Part shown: piece after piece, positions 19,487 to 29,065 of the stretch
Layout: each line of letters opens with the position of its first letter
Numbering within the stretch: the stretch's first letter is position 1
The notes under the pieces: generated by a model
Seen by the model: only the letters and a program-made list of their open reading frames with translations
Databases searched by the model: none
Told to the model about the DNA's origin: nothing
Program-made: the position numbers and the translations under genes
Source: a virus
Virus record (IMG/VR): IMGVR_UViG_3300029394_000152
DNA: 64,000 nucleotides
Reading direction: 5' to 3' (one strand)

Positions 19487-19981
19487 ATGGCGAACTGGGT
19501 AAAAGGAAAACTTAAAATCCGCGGAAAGCCGGAAGATATTAAGCGGTGGGCGGAAGAATGCCTGCACTGCTACTTCACAAAGTGGTTTAGAGATGGCTCA
19601 TACAAAGATGAACTTGTAGATGACGCTGTCGTATTTGAACATGATCCGAAAGCCCGCGAGATGCGTTTGGATACGATCGAGGACGCTTATATCGAAGGAA
19701 CGAAAAGAAACTTTGTTGAAAAGGGGGTCTACGGGGATTCTTACAGAGAAGATGAAAAGCCGATCCTTGTTGTAAGCATGAAAGCAGCATGGAACGTTGA
19801 TGAAACGCCCTACATTGAAATGTCCAAAAAGTACAATGTGGATTTCCGCGTGTATGGATATGAAATGGGTTTGGAGTTCAACAGGGAAATTGAGATCGTG
19901 GAGGGCAGACTTGTCACGAACCGGAGAATCAAATTTAAGGACTACAAATGGGAATGCCCTGATCCGACGCTTGGAGGGTGA
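19487..19981 (+). CDS. hypothetical protein
   Basis: 164-aa ORF; GAAGGAGAAA RBS. Confidence 0.5.
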   Translation: MANWVKGKLKIRGKPEDIKRWAEECLHCYFTKWFRDGSYKDELVDDAVVFEHDPKAREMRLDTIEDAYIEGTKRNFVEKGVYGDSYREDEKPILVVSMKAAWNVDETPYIEMSKKYNVDFRVYGYEMGLEFNREIEIVEGRLVTNRRIKFKDYKWECPDPTLGG

Positions 19982-19984
19982 GCG

Positions 19985-20236
19985 GTGAAGATAAAAAGAG
20001 CGCTGGAAGAAGTTGCAGCAGAGGCCCAGAAGGATGGGTATGGGTTTGAATATATGCGAAACATCCGGGATGGATCGCTTGAAATGAGAATTTTCAAGGG
20101 ACGATTTGGCGAAAGGGTGACTTTACCCGTCAGGGAAGTGGTCGAGCATGAAACGTCCGGGACGGGGCACAAGCTCATTTTCGATACTTACTTTGCCCTG
20201 AAAGATCAATACGAGAGGGACGAAGTATGGATGTGA
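19985..20236 (+). CDS. hypothetical protein
   Basis: GTG start with a GGAGGG RBS. Confidence 0.4.
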   Translation: MKIKRALEEVAAEAQKDGYGFEYMRNIRDGSLEMRIFKGRFGERVTLPVREVVEHETSGTGHKLIFDTYFALKDQYERDEVWM

Positions 20237-20436
20237 AGCAGTCTCAAAAGGCAGGAAATAATGCAATTCAAATCCAGCAAACGGTTGTCGGAGACAATAA
20301 CTATGTTGTCGGAATTGAAATTGAGAACGACAGCCGCAAGCCGAACGACAACCAGCCCAAAAGGTCACTTCTGCGTAGGCTTGCTGCTTTTCTAAATGAT
20401 ATGGTAGCGGAGATTATCGACGCATTGGAGCTGTGA
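20227..20436 (+). CDS. hypothetical protein
   Basis: overlapping start; 69 aa. Confidence 0.35.
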   Translation: MDVKQSQKAGNNAIQIQQTVVGDNNYVVGIEIENDSRKPNDNQPKRSLLRRLAAFLNDMVAEIIDALEL

Positions 20437-20437
20437 A

Positions 20438-20659
20438 ATGACCCAGTATTGCAGATATTGTTCACTGGCGTCCCTGCAGGACGACGATCTAATTTACTGT
20501 GAAGCAAGAAAAGAAATCCGGGATAAAAAGAAAATTGTCAGCCCGAACCGCTGCAAGCAGTTTGAATTTAATCCGGTTGATGTCCTGAACGAAGAAAAGG
20601 ACTACAAGCCGCGCGAAACGAAAAATAAGAATCCAGAGGGGCAGGTGAGCTTCCTGTAA
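20438..20659 (+). CDS. hypothetical Cys-containing small protein
   Basis: CxxC...C...C pattern; 73 aa. Confidence 0.35.
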   Translation: MTQYCRYCSLASLQDDDLIYCEARKEIRDKKKIVSPNRCKQFEFNPVDVLNEEKDYKPRETKNKNPEGQVSFL

Positions 20660-20751
20660 TGGGATTATCTAAGTGGCGTCCCTATTTACCACGATCCGAT
20701 TTAATCCAGCTTTCGCCCGTACATAAACGCATGAGCGAAAGTTGAGGAAAC

Positions 20752-21663
20752 ATGATTCTTTTTATTATCGGCGCACTGTTTGTACTGATCGCGCTGGCTA
20801 TCCTGATTTTCTCGGATGATGCAAAAAGAACTGCAATCATCCCGGCGGTGGTGGCTGTCATTTTTATCGGCATTTCCTGTGTGTCCTATGTCCCTACCGG
20901 CTATACCGGCATCGTCACGACCTTTGGCAAAGTCGAGGATGGCACGAAGGACGCAGGTGTGGTGCTCAAGGCCCCGTGGCAGTCCATCGTGAAGATGGAT
21001 AACCGTGTTCAGGAAATGAGCATGGATTTGTCAGCGTTCAGTTCTGACATTCAGGAAGTCTCCACCAGTGTGGCGGTTGGCTACCGGATCAATCAGGCAA
21101 ATGCAATGACCATCTACAAAGAGGTCGGCAAAAAGTATGAGGACACCCTGATTACTCCCCGTGTCCTTGAAACGGTGAAAGCTGTAGTTGCCCACTACGA
21201 TGCAAGCAGCCTGATTTCTAACCGGGATGCAGTCGCTTCCCAGATGGACACGAAACTGCGGGAAGTGCTGGCACAGTACAACATCGACCTGCAGTATATC
21301 AGCGTAACCAATTTTGACTTCACTGATACCTTTACCGATGCGGTGGAAGCAAAGGTCAAGGCCCAGCAGGAAAAGGAAAAAGCCGAGACTGACGCCGACA
21401 AGCGCCGTGTCGAAGCACAGGCCACGGCGGACGCTGACCTGATCGCAGCCAATGCGGAAGCGGAAAAGTCTAAGGTTGCAGCGGACGCAGAGTTGTACGT
21501 TGCAGAGAAAAAGGCGGAAGCAAACCGCGCCCTGAATGACAGCCTGAACAGCAACCTGCTGGAATACTACAAGATCACCGATGTGGAATCCCGCTGGAAC
21601 GGTGAACTGCCTGCCTATGTTGGCGACGGTAACAGCATTCCCATTATCAACGGCATCAACTGA
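20752..21663 (+). CDS. SPFH/Band-7 (prohibitin/HflC-like) membrane protein
   Basis: N-terminal TM helix, SPFH core and coiled-coil A/E/K-rich C-terminus; GAGGA RBS. Confidence 0.75.
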   Translation: MILFIIGALFVLIALAILIFSDDAKRTAIIPAVVAVIFIGISCVSYVPTGYTGIVTTFGKVEDGTKDAGVVLKAPWQSIVKMDNRVQEMSMDLSAFSSDIQEVSTSVAVGYRINQANAMTIYKEVGKKYEDTLITPRVLETVKAVVAHYDASSLISNRDAVASQMDTKLREVLAQYNIDLQYISVTNFDFTDTFTDAVEAKVKAQQEKEKAETDADKRRVEAQATADADLIAANAEAEKSKVAADAELYVAEKKAEANRALNDSLNSNLLEYYKITDVESRWNGELPAYVGDGNSIPIINGIN

Positions 21664-21671
21664 CCTTTTGG

Positions 21672-21700
21672 AGCCGCCCGGTGCGGCGGCTCCTTTTTAT
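21672..21700 (+). terminator. rho-independent terminator
   Basis: ggagccgcc-cggtg-cggcggctcc followed by TTTTTAT. Confidence 0.55.
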
Positions 21701-21777
21701 GTGAGCATAGGGTATAGGCCCCGCCCGGTTCAAGCCCGGAAGTGCCCGCCGAAAAAATAAACAGAAGGGAGCAGACG

Positions 21778-21963
21778 ATGGCAAAGTTCAGCATCATGCT
21801 GTTCGGCTTTGACAGCTACACAAAAAGCAGGATGTGGCTGCCGTATAAGCTGGAAGCGGAAAAGGCCGATGCGGCAGTCCGCGAAGCGCGTGCGCGGGCA
21901 GGGAGAGCCTACCCGGAATTTGTAGAAGATGAAAGACCTGATGTGGAGGTGGTAAAAAGATGA
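21778..21963 (+). CDS. hypothetical protein
   Basis: AAGGGAG RBS; 61 aa. Confidence 0.4.
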   Translation: MAKFSIMLFGFDSYTKSRMWLPYKLEAEKADAAVREARARAGRAYPEFVEDERPDVEVVKR

Positions 21964-22610
21964 AACTTTCTGCACTGGCTGCCCAAATCAAAAGCTGCGG
22001 TCATTGTGAGGTAATCAACAACGGCGGAAGGATTTTTGTTGGCACGGGAAGTGCTTTCTACTGCATGGACGGCTACCCCAGAACGCAGGATGCGGGAGAA
22101 CTGGGCGCTATGCTGGGTATTCCGCAGAAGAAGATGAAAAACATCTTCTATCACGAGGAATGCACAATCGACGGGAAACTGTACGGCGTAAAGTGGGACG
22201 ACGAACCGGAACATGAAGGAAATACCTCTGAAATCAAAACTCGGATCGCGGTCAACGGAGAAGAACTTATCGCGTTGCGAAATCCTGATGGCAGTGTTGG
22301 TTTCACCCGGTCGGAGTTGCTGAAACCGGTGGAAGGTGAACTGAACAAGGAGTTTGCACAAATTTGTGTGCGTCCTGCCAATCAGGACTGCAGGTTCATC
22401 TATGCCATAAAAGACGGCATGATCCTTCGGGCGTTGATAGCGCCTATGAACATCAAGGACGATGTGGCGGATGATCTGGACGAGATCATCGCGGAACTGA
22501 TGTCCAGACGGCAGCAAAATATCGTCAAAAAAATGCACGACGATTTGCAGGACGTGATTGCACAGGAAACTGCAGAGAAAGCCGCGCAGGTTGAAAACGA
22601 ACAGGAATAA
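21960..22610 (+). CDS. hypothetical protein
   Basis: ATGA-coupled start; 216 aa. Confidence 0.5.
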   Translation: MKLSALAAQIKSCGHCEVINNGGRIFVGTGSAFYCMDGYPRTQDAGELGAMLGIPQKKMKNIFYHEECTIDGKLYGVKWDDEPEHEGNTSEIKTRIAVNGEELIALRNPDGSVGFTRSELLKPVEGELNKEFAQICVRPANQDCRFIYAIKDGMILRALIAPMNIKDDVADDLDEIIAELMSRRQQNIVKKMHDDLQDVIAQETAEKAAQVENEQE

Positions 22611-22628
22611 CAGGAAAGGAAAACGACC

Positions 22629-23276
22629 ATGAGCAAGATTTTGAAAAGCACAACTTTGGGCAATGTGAAAAATGGCGGCATCTTCAAGGCACTGGGCAAG
22701 GAGTTTGTGAAGCTGGATGCAGACGAACACGGCTGTCTGGTGCTGGCAAAGGACATTTGGACGAAAATGCCGTTCCGTGATGGTGACGACCCGGAGTGTC
22801 CCAACGATCTGCGCCGGAGCGATGTCATGAAGTATTTGAGTGACCGTTTCACAGAGTTTGTCCAGAGAGGAACGCCGCTGGACACTTTCATTCCGTTCAA
22901 GATCGACCTGCAGGACACAACCGGACAGACCGAATACGGAACCGTTGAATACAGAATCGGCCTGTTGACCCTGCGTCAGTATGGAAAGTATTGGCGGCTG
23001 ATCCCGAAGGTAGATACGCCGTGGTGGTTGGCGACGCCTTACGGTACGCCGAATTGCTCTCCGTACACCGACGGTAGCAACAACGTCTGGGTCGTCGGCA
23101 CCGATGGCTCCTACTACTACTACTGGTACTACAACTCCTATGGTGTTCGCCCCGCTTTGTACTTTCCCTCTACACTCTGGGTCTCTACCGAGGATGAAGG
23201 AGAAGCCGGGTTTTGCCTCGCCGATGTTCCATTGGATGATCTGCTGGCTGAAATCAAGAGCCGGGCGGAGGAATAA
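22629..23276 (+). CDS. DGR target protein 1 (C-terminal VR, probable C-type-lectin-like fold)
   Basis: C-terminal about 100 nt matches the TR near 61.6 kb except at template adenines; VR peptide ends ...NSYGVRPA, as in target 2. Confidence 0.7.
   Translation: MSKILKSTTLGNVKNGGIFKALGKEFVKLDADEHGCLVLAKDIWTKMPFRDGDDPECPNDLRRSDVMKYLSDRFTEFVQRGTPLDTFIPFKIDLQDTTGQTEYGTVEYRIGLLTLRQYGKYWRLIPKVDTPWWLATPYGTPNCSPYTDGSNNVWVVGTDGSYYYYWYYNSYGVRPALYFPSTLWVSTEDEGEAGFCLADVPLDDLLAEIKSRAEE
23056..23156 (+). repeat. DGR variable repeat VR1
   Basis: about 100 nt aligned to the TR; all 19 mismatches sit at TR adenines (for example AAC to TAC, GAC, GTC, GGC, AGC); shares the 3' GC-rich ctcctatggtgttcgccccgct. Confidence 0.75.
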
Positions 23277-23278
23277 CC

Positions 23279-23665
23279 ATGGACGTTATCACAAAAGATG
23301 TCCGTGCTCTGGCAAAGAAGGAGCTGGCGGCAGCAAACCGCCGCTTTCGGATGTTCGCAAGTCCGCATGAAGGGTATGCGGTGATCCGGGAAGAACTGGA
23401 CGAACTGATAGACGAGGTGCGGAAGCTCCACTTTGGCTTGACAATCCGGCTGTGGCGAGATGTCAAGAGAAACGAACCCATGAAGCGGGAGCACCTGAAT
23501 CTCATTTATGATGTGGCAATCCACGCAGCGGTGGAAGCTATTCAGCTGGCAGCAATGGTCAAAAAGTACGAGCGCAGCCAGCGGTACAACTGGCCGGGCG
23601 GCAAGGTGCCGGACTATGGAGCGGAGCCTGCACCTCTGAAAAAGAAAGGCGGGGAAACGGTATGA
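23279..23665 (+). CDS. hypothetical protein
   Basis: GGAGGAA RBS; 128 aa. Confidence 0.5.
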   Translation: MDVITKDVRALAKKELAAANRRFRMFASPHEGYAVIREELDELIDEVRKLHFGLTIRLWRDVKRNEPMKREHLNLIYDVAIHAAVEAIQLAAMVKKYERSQRYNWPGGKVPDYGAEPAPLKKKGGETV

Positions 23666-24054
23666 TTTTGGCAAAGGATGATATTGAAAAGGCTGTCAGC
23701 TGGTGGGCTGGAAAGCTGATGAATCACCAGCCGCACAGCAACGGAGACGATAGCTTTACCTCTGTTGCAGTGTGCTTCCTTGCGGATACGATGCGACAGA
23801 GCGTTACGCTGGATCAGCTGAACACATTCAAGGCGGCATTGGCAAAAAGCATTGAGGAATACGCGAAAAGCATTCAAGCTTTCGGCTTTTCCATCGGGAG
23901 TGATTACGGCCCGTGCAAAATGCTGGCCGATGCTGCCGCCGAAGCTGGCATCGACAGAGCAAACTTTCCGTTCAAGACGACAATGTTTTTTACGGAAAAA
24001 GAGGGGGTTCTGGTACGGGATGGCTACGGTGCCCCGGCTGTCAGGATTTGTTGA
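23662..24054 (+). CDS. hypothetical protein
   Basis: ATGA coupling; 130 aa. Confidence 0.5.
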   Translation: MILAKDDIEKAVSWWAGKLMNHQPHSNGDDSFTSVAVCFLADTMRQSVTLDQLNTFKAALAKSIEEYAKSIQAFGFSIGSDYGPCKMLADAAAEAGIDRANFPFKTTMFFTEKEGVLVRDGYGAPAVRIC

Positions 24055-24063
24055 GGTGACAGA

Positions 24064-24555
24064 ATGGTAACAAAAAATAAGACCCCGGCAGAGGTTGAGA
24101 CCGTGACCATCACCATGAGCCGGGAGACAGCACAGGCCGTGAAGCAGGCGTGCGAAGAATACCTCCGGTTCCGCATGGGCCAGTTTGAGGACTTCACCAA
24201 TGAGGTTTGCTGCTGGGATTATGTGGACAAGATGGAAAAGCGGTGCCACACGACAGAAGAACGAAAGCAGTTTCATAAAGACCACGAAGCGGATTTTCTC
24301 AAGTGTATGCGGCTTCGTAACCAGATGCGGCAGGGCATGGACGCACTTTGGAAGCAGAACGTTCCGCCTGCATCTATCGACACGACCATGAAGGGAGCAT
24401 ACCGGGCAGAAACCGTCTGGCTGACGATCCGGTACGCGCTTGCGTGGCACGACTTCCCGGAGGGTGGACAGTGGGTCGATTTCTATGAACCGATGAACCG
24501 TTCGGATCAGCCCATGCCGAAAGTGGAACTGAAACTGAAAGGCGAAGAAAAATGA
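24064..24555 (+). CDS. hypothetical protein
   Basis: GAGGTG RBS; 163 aa. Confidence 0.5.
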   Translation: MVTKNKTPAEVETVTITMSRETAQAVKQACEEYLRFRMGQFEDFTNEVCCWDYVDKMEKRCHTTEERKQFHKDHEADFLKCMRLRNQMRQGMDALWKQNVPPASIDTTMKGAYRAETVWLTIRYALAWHDFPEGGQWVDFYEPMNRSDQPMPKVELKLKGEEK

Positions 24556-24797
24556 CGATCACAACATACCCGGACGGTCATTCCGTCCAGCAGGGAACAC
24601 CGGAAGAACTGGCGCAGTTCATTTTCGCGGCGACGGAGGTTCAAACCTTGCAAAAATTCAAAAGTCTGGTCGAGGCAATCCCGGCGGAAATGGAGAAACA
24701 AAGGGATATTGTGGTGACGATACCGGATTTGCCAAAGAAGAAGCGAACGCCCAGAAAGAAAGCGGGAAAAGAAAATGAAAGAAAAACGTCTGGTTGA
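24552..24797 (+). CDS. hypothetical protein
   Basis: ATGA coupling; 81 aa with a basic C-terminus. Confidence 0.4.
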   Translation: MTITTYPDGHSVQQGTPEELAQFIFAATEVQTLQKFKSLVEAIPAEMEKQRDIVVTIPDLPKKKRTPRKKAGKENERKTSG

Positions 24798-25239
24798 TGC
24801 AAACCATTTCATGCAGGTACTCAAGAACATAGAGTATGCACTGAAAGGGGAGCTGACACACGGGAAAATCAAAACCAGTGTAGTGCAGATGATCGAGGGC
24901 AGTTTGAATGCCGAACCGACCATTGCCCCGGAGAGCCTGCAACCGCTGACATACAACGAGAACCGGGACTACATAGACTGCGACGAATTTATTTGCCACA
25001 AGTGCGGCATTCACGTTGAGGACTGGAAGCAAATCAAAATCGACCCGGACGACGGGGAGAAAGAACTTTGCGAGTACAAGTTTAAGCACTGCCCAGAGTG
25101 CGGCGCAAAAGTCACTTCACACAAAAGCTGTGAATTTTGCAGGTGGCATTTGCAGGACGGGACGTGTTTCAACAAACATCATTCTCAGCCCGTGACAGGC
25201 CGGGAAGCTTCCTGCTGGAACTGGGAGGAACGTGAGTGA
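24775..25239 (+). CDS. hypothetical Cys-rich (zinc-ribbon-like) protein
   Basis: CHKCG...CPECG...CEFCRWH motifs. Confidence 0.45.
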   Translation: MKEKRLVDANHFMQVLKNIEYALKGELTHGKIKTSVVQMIEGSLNAEPTIAPESLQPLTYNENRDYIDCDEFICHKCGIHVEDWKQIKIDPDDGEKELCEYKFKHCPECGAKVTSHKSCEFCRWHLQDGTCFNKHHSQPVTGREASCWNWEERE

Positions 25240-25374
25240 TGGAAAAAGAGTGTTTCACCTGCGCATGGCATGATAACTTTTCATGGGTGTGCTTCAATGG
25301 AAATTCTGAGCATCGGGCGGATTTCACAGACCCGGAAGATAGCTGCCCTGTGTGGGAAGGAAGGGAAGATAGTG

Positions 25375-25527
25375 ATGAAAAAGAAGAAAAGTGAGTTCGG
25401 CGCTTACGCTATCGGCTGGCTGTACCTGCTGGCACCGGTGATTATTCTTGCCGTGGTGCTGGTGGTAAAGTATTTTATTGCAGCATCCGACCTGCCGGAT
25501 TGGTTCAAATTCGCCCTGCTGAAATAA
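25375..25527 (+). CDS. hypothetical small membrane protein
   Basis: 50 aa with a single TM helix; AAGGGAAG RBS; overlaps a possible 51-aa Cys-rich ORF at 25239-25394. Confidence 0.3.
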   Translation: MKKKKSEFGAYAIGWLYLLAPVIILAVVLVVKYFIAASDLPDWFKFALLK

Positions 25528-25840
25528 GCAAGACAAGCCCTCTACCTTATATATAAAGAGCGTCCGTCGTTAAATTGCCGCCCTGACGAGGCGGCAAGGG
25601 GCTTGTATATCGGAGCTAAACTAAGGGACATTCTGAGAAATCAGAGAAAAACAGGAGCTTTCCCCCGGCGGGGAAAGGGAGTGCAGAGGGAAAACGAGGG
25701 CAGCGTTCTGATGGCTTGCCGGAAGCAGGATCGTAGGGAACGCGGCCCGGTGTTGTTCCTCTGCATCGTTCCCTTCTCGTGTTTGTGGTTCAAGATTCAG
25801 AAAATTCCATGACGTGTACGGAAAGGAGGACGTGGAGAGT

Positions 25841-26674
25841 ATGACCGCGGGATTCAGAGTACGAGAGCAAAAATTTATCTGCGGCAAAGACTATGCCACG
25901 GCTGACACCATGCAGGTGGATTTTTTCGAGATCACGGAACAGCAGCACAAGGCCAGCACCCGCAAGAAAAAAGAGCTGGCAAGCTCCATTGCGAAGGAAG
26001 CGTACAATTTGCGAAAAAGTGGACGGTATTTAGAGCTGTTGGTTCAGCGCAACTTCCACAAGAGCGATTATTCTGTTACATACACCTATGACGATGAACA
26101 CCGGCCCGACCCGGCGGACACAAAGCGTGTGGATAAGGATTTTTCCGCCGCCATGAAAAAGCTATACCGGATGTGCGATAAAAAAAGCATTCGGCACCCG
26201 AAGTGGATCGTCGTGCATGAATACTCGACGTATGTTGACGGGGTGTGGGTGGGAAAGCACCATCACCATGTCATTATGCAGCGCGTTTACGGTCTGACCC
26301 GTGAAATGGTAGAGGAAGCGTGGAGCGGGCGCGGCATGGCCCGTTGCGAACCTCTACACTTCGATCATGGCTACATCACGAGCCTTGCAAAGTACATCAT
26401 GAAGAATGTGAGGTGCAAGCGCCATTGGCGGCAGAGCCGCGGGCTGAAACCGCCGAAAATGCCCCGCCCGAACGATGGGAAAATGAGCCGCACCAAGCTG
26501 AAAGATGTTTGCGAGAACCGTCTGGAAGATCGTGCATTCTGGGAGAGAATGTACCCCGGCTACACCCTGCATTACTGCGAACCTATTATCACCGGCAACA
26601 ACACCCGGCACCTGATCGTGCGCCTATACCGCAAAGAGACCGGGATGCAGCAGAACAGGAGGAACCGGCCTTGA
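25841..26674 (+). CDS. rolling-circle replication initiator (HUH endonuclease, Rep_trans-like)
   Basis: HUH motif GKHHHHVIM and catalytic Tyr motif LAKYIMKNV; AAAGGAGGA RBS. Confidence 0.6.
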   Translation: MTAGFRVREQKFICGKDYATADTMQVDFFEITEQQHKASTRKKKELASSIAKEAYNLRKSGRYLELLVQRNFHKSDYSVTYTYDDEHRPDPADTKRVDKDFSAAMKKLYRMCDKKSIRHPKWIVVHEYSTYVDGVWVGKHHHHVIMQRVYGLTREMVEEAWSGRGMARCEPLHFDHGYITSLAKYIMKNVRCKRHWRQSRGLKPPKMPRPNDGKMSRTKLKDVCENRLEDRAFWERMYPGYTLHYCEPIITGNNTRHLIVRLYRKETGMQQNRRNRP

Positions 26675-26676
26675 GT

Positions 26677-27186
26677 ATGAGAATGGAGCTTTCTGACCTA
26701 CCGCCAAAGTATCGGGCACAGGCGGAAGCGCAAATTGCGGCCAGAAGCAGAGCAAAAGCGCCGCCGCTGGAAGCCGTGGCTGCAGCCGCCAAGAAAACAG
26801 GACGGGAGTTTGACAGCAGGGGCGAGTACGACTACTACATGGGAATGATTCTGCCAAAAGTCCAGCGCGGGGAGATCGTGAAGGTGGAATCGCACCGCAG
26901 GTTTACCATGCTGCCCGAAAAAGAATACGGCAATGTGAAACTACCGGCGATGCACTATACCCCGGATTTTGTGCTGACTTATGCAGATGGCACAGTTGAG
27001 GTTGTAGAGGTGAAAAGCAAATTCACCCGGCGGCAGCAGCGCGATTACATCCACCGCCGCCGTATGTTCATCGACCTTGTGGCGGAGCCGCGGGGCTGGC
27101 GCTTTGCGGAACACATTACCCCTGATACTGCAGCAGAAATCAAAGCATGGAAGAAGTGCGCCCAACAGACCGAAAGGAAAGGATGA
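26677..27186 (+). CDS. PD-(D/E)xK-like nuclease (DUF1064-like)
   Basis: HYTPDFVL...VEVVEVKS motif arrangement. Confidence 0.4.
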   Translation: MRMELSDLPPKYRAQAEAQIAARSRAKAPPLEAVAAAAKKTGREFDSRGEYDYYMGMILPKVQRGEIVKVESHRRFTMLPEKEYGNVKLPAMHYTPDFVLTYADGTVEVVEVKSKFTRRQQRDYIHRRRMFIDLVAEPRGWRFAEHITPDTAAEIKAWKKCAQQTERKG

Positions 27187-27192
27187 AACATC

Positions 27193-27885
27193 ATGAGCAG
27201 AGGAATCCCAAGGGCAGTGTCTATGCATATGGCACAGAATGCCTTTGCCCGGTGCGCCGAAAAGGTAAACACCAGAAAGAACCTGACGCTGAACCGGCAG
27301 GCCGTTGGCGAGGTGGTGAGCTACTGCACCATGATCGCCGCCAATGACACGCTAGATTTCAACCGGGACAAGCAGGAGCGGCTTTGCACGGAAATGAACC
27401 ACCGGGCAGAGGTATACACGGTTGAAATGAGCGCATATGGGCAGCCGAAAGCCCGCGAGAAGCTGAGAGAGCGCACAGCACCAATGCTGGATAAGCCGTT
27501 TGTCCTCCCGGCAGGACAATACCCGCGCAAACAGCGTGAAAAAGACGCGCTGGCCGAACGGCGTGCCGCTGGTGATCTCGTGATCCGGTTCTTCATCGAA
27601 GCGCTGGATTCTATGGGCTATGATCGTGCCCAGATCAACAGCACCGTGGAAGAAGCCAGAAAAAACTATGAACAGTTCCTCGAATGGGCAAAAGACGGGG
27701 AGTATGTGGCGTATACCAAACTGGGCCGGTGTGTCCGCCCAGATGACCGGCGGCAGTACGGAGGTTGCGCGTGTGCCCGGTGCAGGGCCTATCTTCTCGA
27801 CAGAATTTTGACGGTACGGAGCGTAGGAGGGCAAAATGCAGGCAGAAGAAACGAAAATGATTTTGCGCTACTTTGGCGGGATTGA
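27193..27885 (+). CDS. hypothetical protein
   Basis: 230-aa ORF. Confidence 0.45.
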   Translation: MSRGIPRAVSMHMAQNAFARCAEKVNTRKNLTLNRQAVGEVVSYCTMIAANDTLDFNRDKQERLCTEMNHRAEVYTVEMSAYGQPKAREKLRERTAPMLDKPFVLPAGQYPRKQREKDALAERRAAGDLVIRFFIEALDSMGYDRAQINSTVEEARKNYEQFLEWAKDGEYVAYTKLGRCVRPDDRRQYGGCACARCRAYLLDRILTVRSVGGQNAGRRNENDFALLWRD

Positions 27886-28336
27886 AGCGCAACTTGATGA
27901 TGTCAACATTGAGCTGGCAGAACTGCGAGACCGCTACAATCCCATCAAGGGCATTGCTATGGACGGTATGCCGCACGGCAGCACGCCGGGAGATAGTACC
28001 GCGTCGCTGGCTGTGAAACTGGCCGATGATGTGGAGTGCCAGCGCCGGGAAAATGAACTTCGTGTTCGGCAGGATGTTCTCCGTGCAGATCAGACAACAA
28101 TCCGGGGGCAATTAGACCGGCTGAACAGTCGTTACAAAACGATCCTGTGCGGGCGGTATGTCTACAGTGATCCGTCGTTACAAAAAGGCTGGAAAACCAT
28201 AGCCCGCGAACTGAGAAAAACAGAGATCACAGCCCAGCGGTGGGAAAAGTTCGCGCTGGTCGTTCTGGGTTCCATGCTGGATGAAGTCCCGATGGTCGAA
28301 GAACTGCTCTCACGCGCGTATGACGCGCGCGATTAA
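27836..28336 (+). CDS. hypothetical protein (possible late-gene regulator)
   Basis: 166-aa helical protein immediately upstream of the accessory and packaging region. Confidence 0.35.
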   Translation: MQAEETKMILRYFGGIEAQLDDVNIELAELRDRYNPIKGIAMDGMPHGSTPGDSTASLAVKLADDVECQRRENELRVRQDVLRADQTTIRGQLDRLNSRYKTILCGRYVYSDPSLQKGWKTIARELRKTEITAQRWEKFALVVLGSMLDEVPMVEELLSRAYDARD

Positions 28337-28584
28337 AAGGGGCTGTAAAATGGCTTATGCCTGATTTTTGATAGAAAACCTGCAAAAACAGGCCCTTAGA
28401 ATCGAACTTCAGCGATCTTAATTCGTGCCGGAAAGACACTATAGGGTAGAGAATGAAGCGAATTTATGCGCGTGCAGAATGAAGGGCTTCCGCGAAACCT
28501 CCGAACCGCTCAGAAAAACAAACTTGCGAATCGTCAAAAACAGAAATCCCCCGGCGGGTAATTCCGTCGAGGGATTTCGTGCGT

Positions 28585-28842
28585 TTATGGTTCGTTTTTC
28601 TTGATGATGATTTTCGGAACAGTGGGCGGTTCGCCGTGCTGCTTCATGTACTCGGCGATTTCGTTCGGCAGGCCAACAGGAAAGCCGTTTTCGTCCAGCG
28701 GCCCGTCATACCCGGAAAAATCCACAACATGAACCGTGGGCGGTTCCTGCAGGGTGTCGCAATACTGGCCGTCCTCATAGTTTACATCCGTGACACGGTT
28801 CCAATAGCCAATGTCGCCGTGCTCGGTCTGGGCGGCTTCCAT
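28585..28842 (-). CDS. hypothetical protein (cassette array member)
   Basis: 85 aa; last gene of the minus-strand array. Confidence 0.4.
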   Translation of the reverse strand: MEAAQTEHGDIGYWNRVTDVNYEDGQYCDTLQEPPTVHVVDFSGYDGPLDENGFPVGLPNEIAEYMKQHGEPPTVPKIIIKKNEP

Positions 28843-29065
28843 TGCGGCGTGGGCCTGTTCCTCGGTCAGTCCGTCGAACGTGGCGCGTGTGCCGTCGGCA
28901 AAACTGGCAACCAGACGCCAAGGTGCAAAAAATTCGACTTCGTTCGTAAAAATGCCCCCTTTTTTGCAAATTCGTTGCTGGAATTGAACTTTTCGTGCTT
29001 GAAAAGTCCAATTTCGTTAGTGAAAGTATATCACAAGATGCCCCGGCATGGAACCGGGGCACGCG

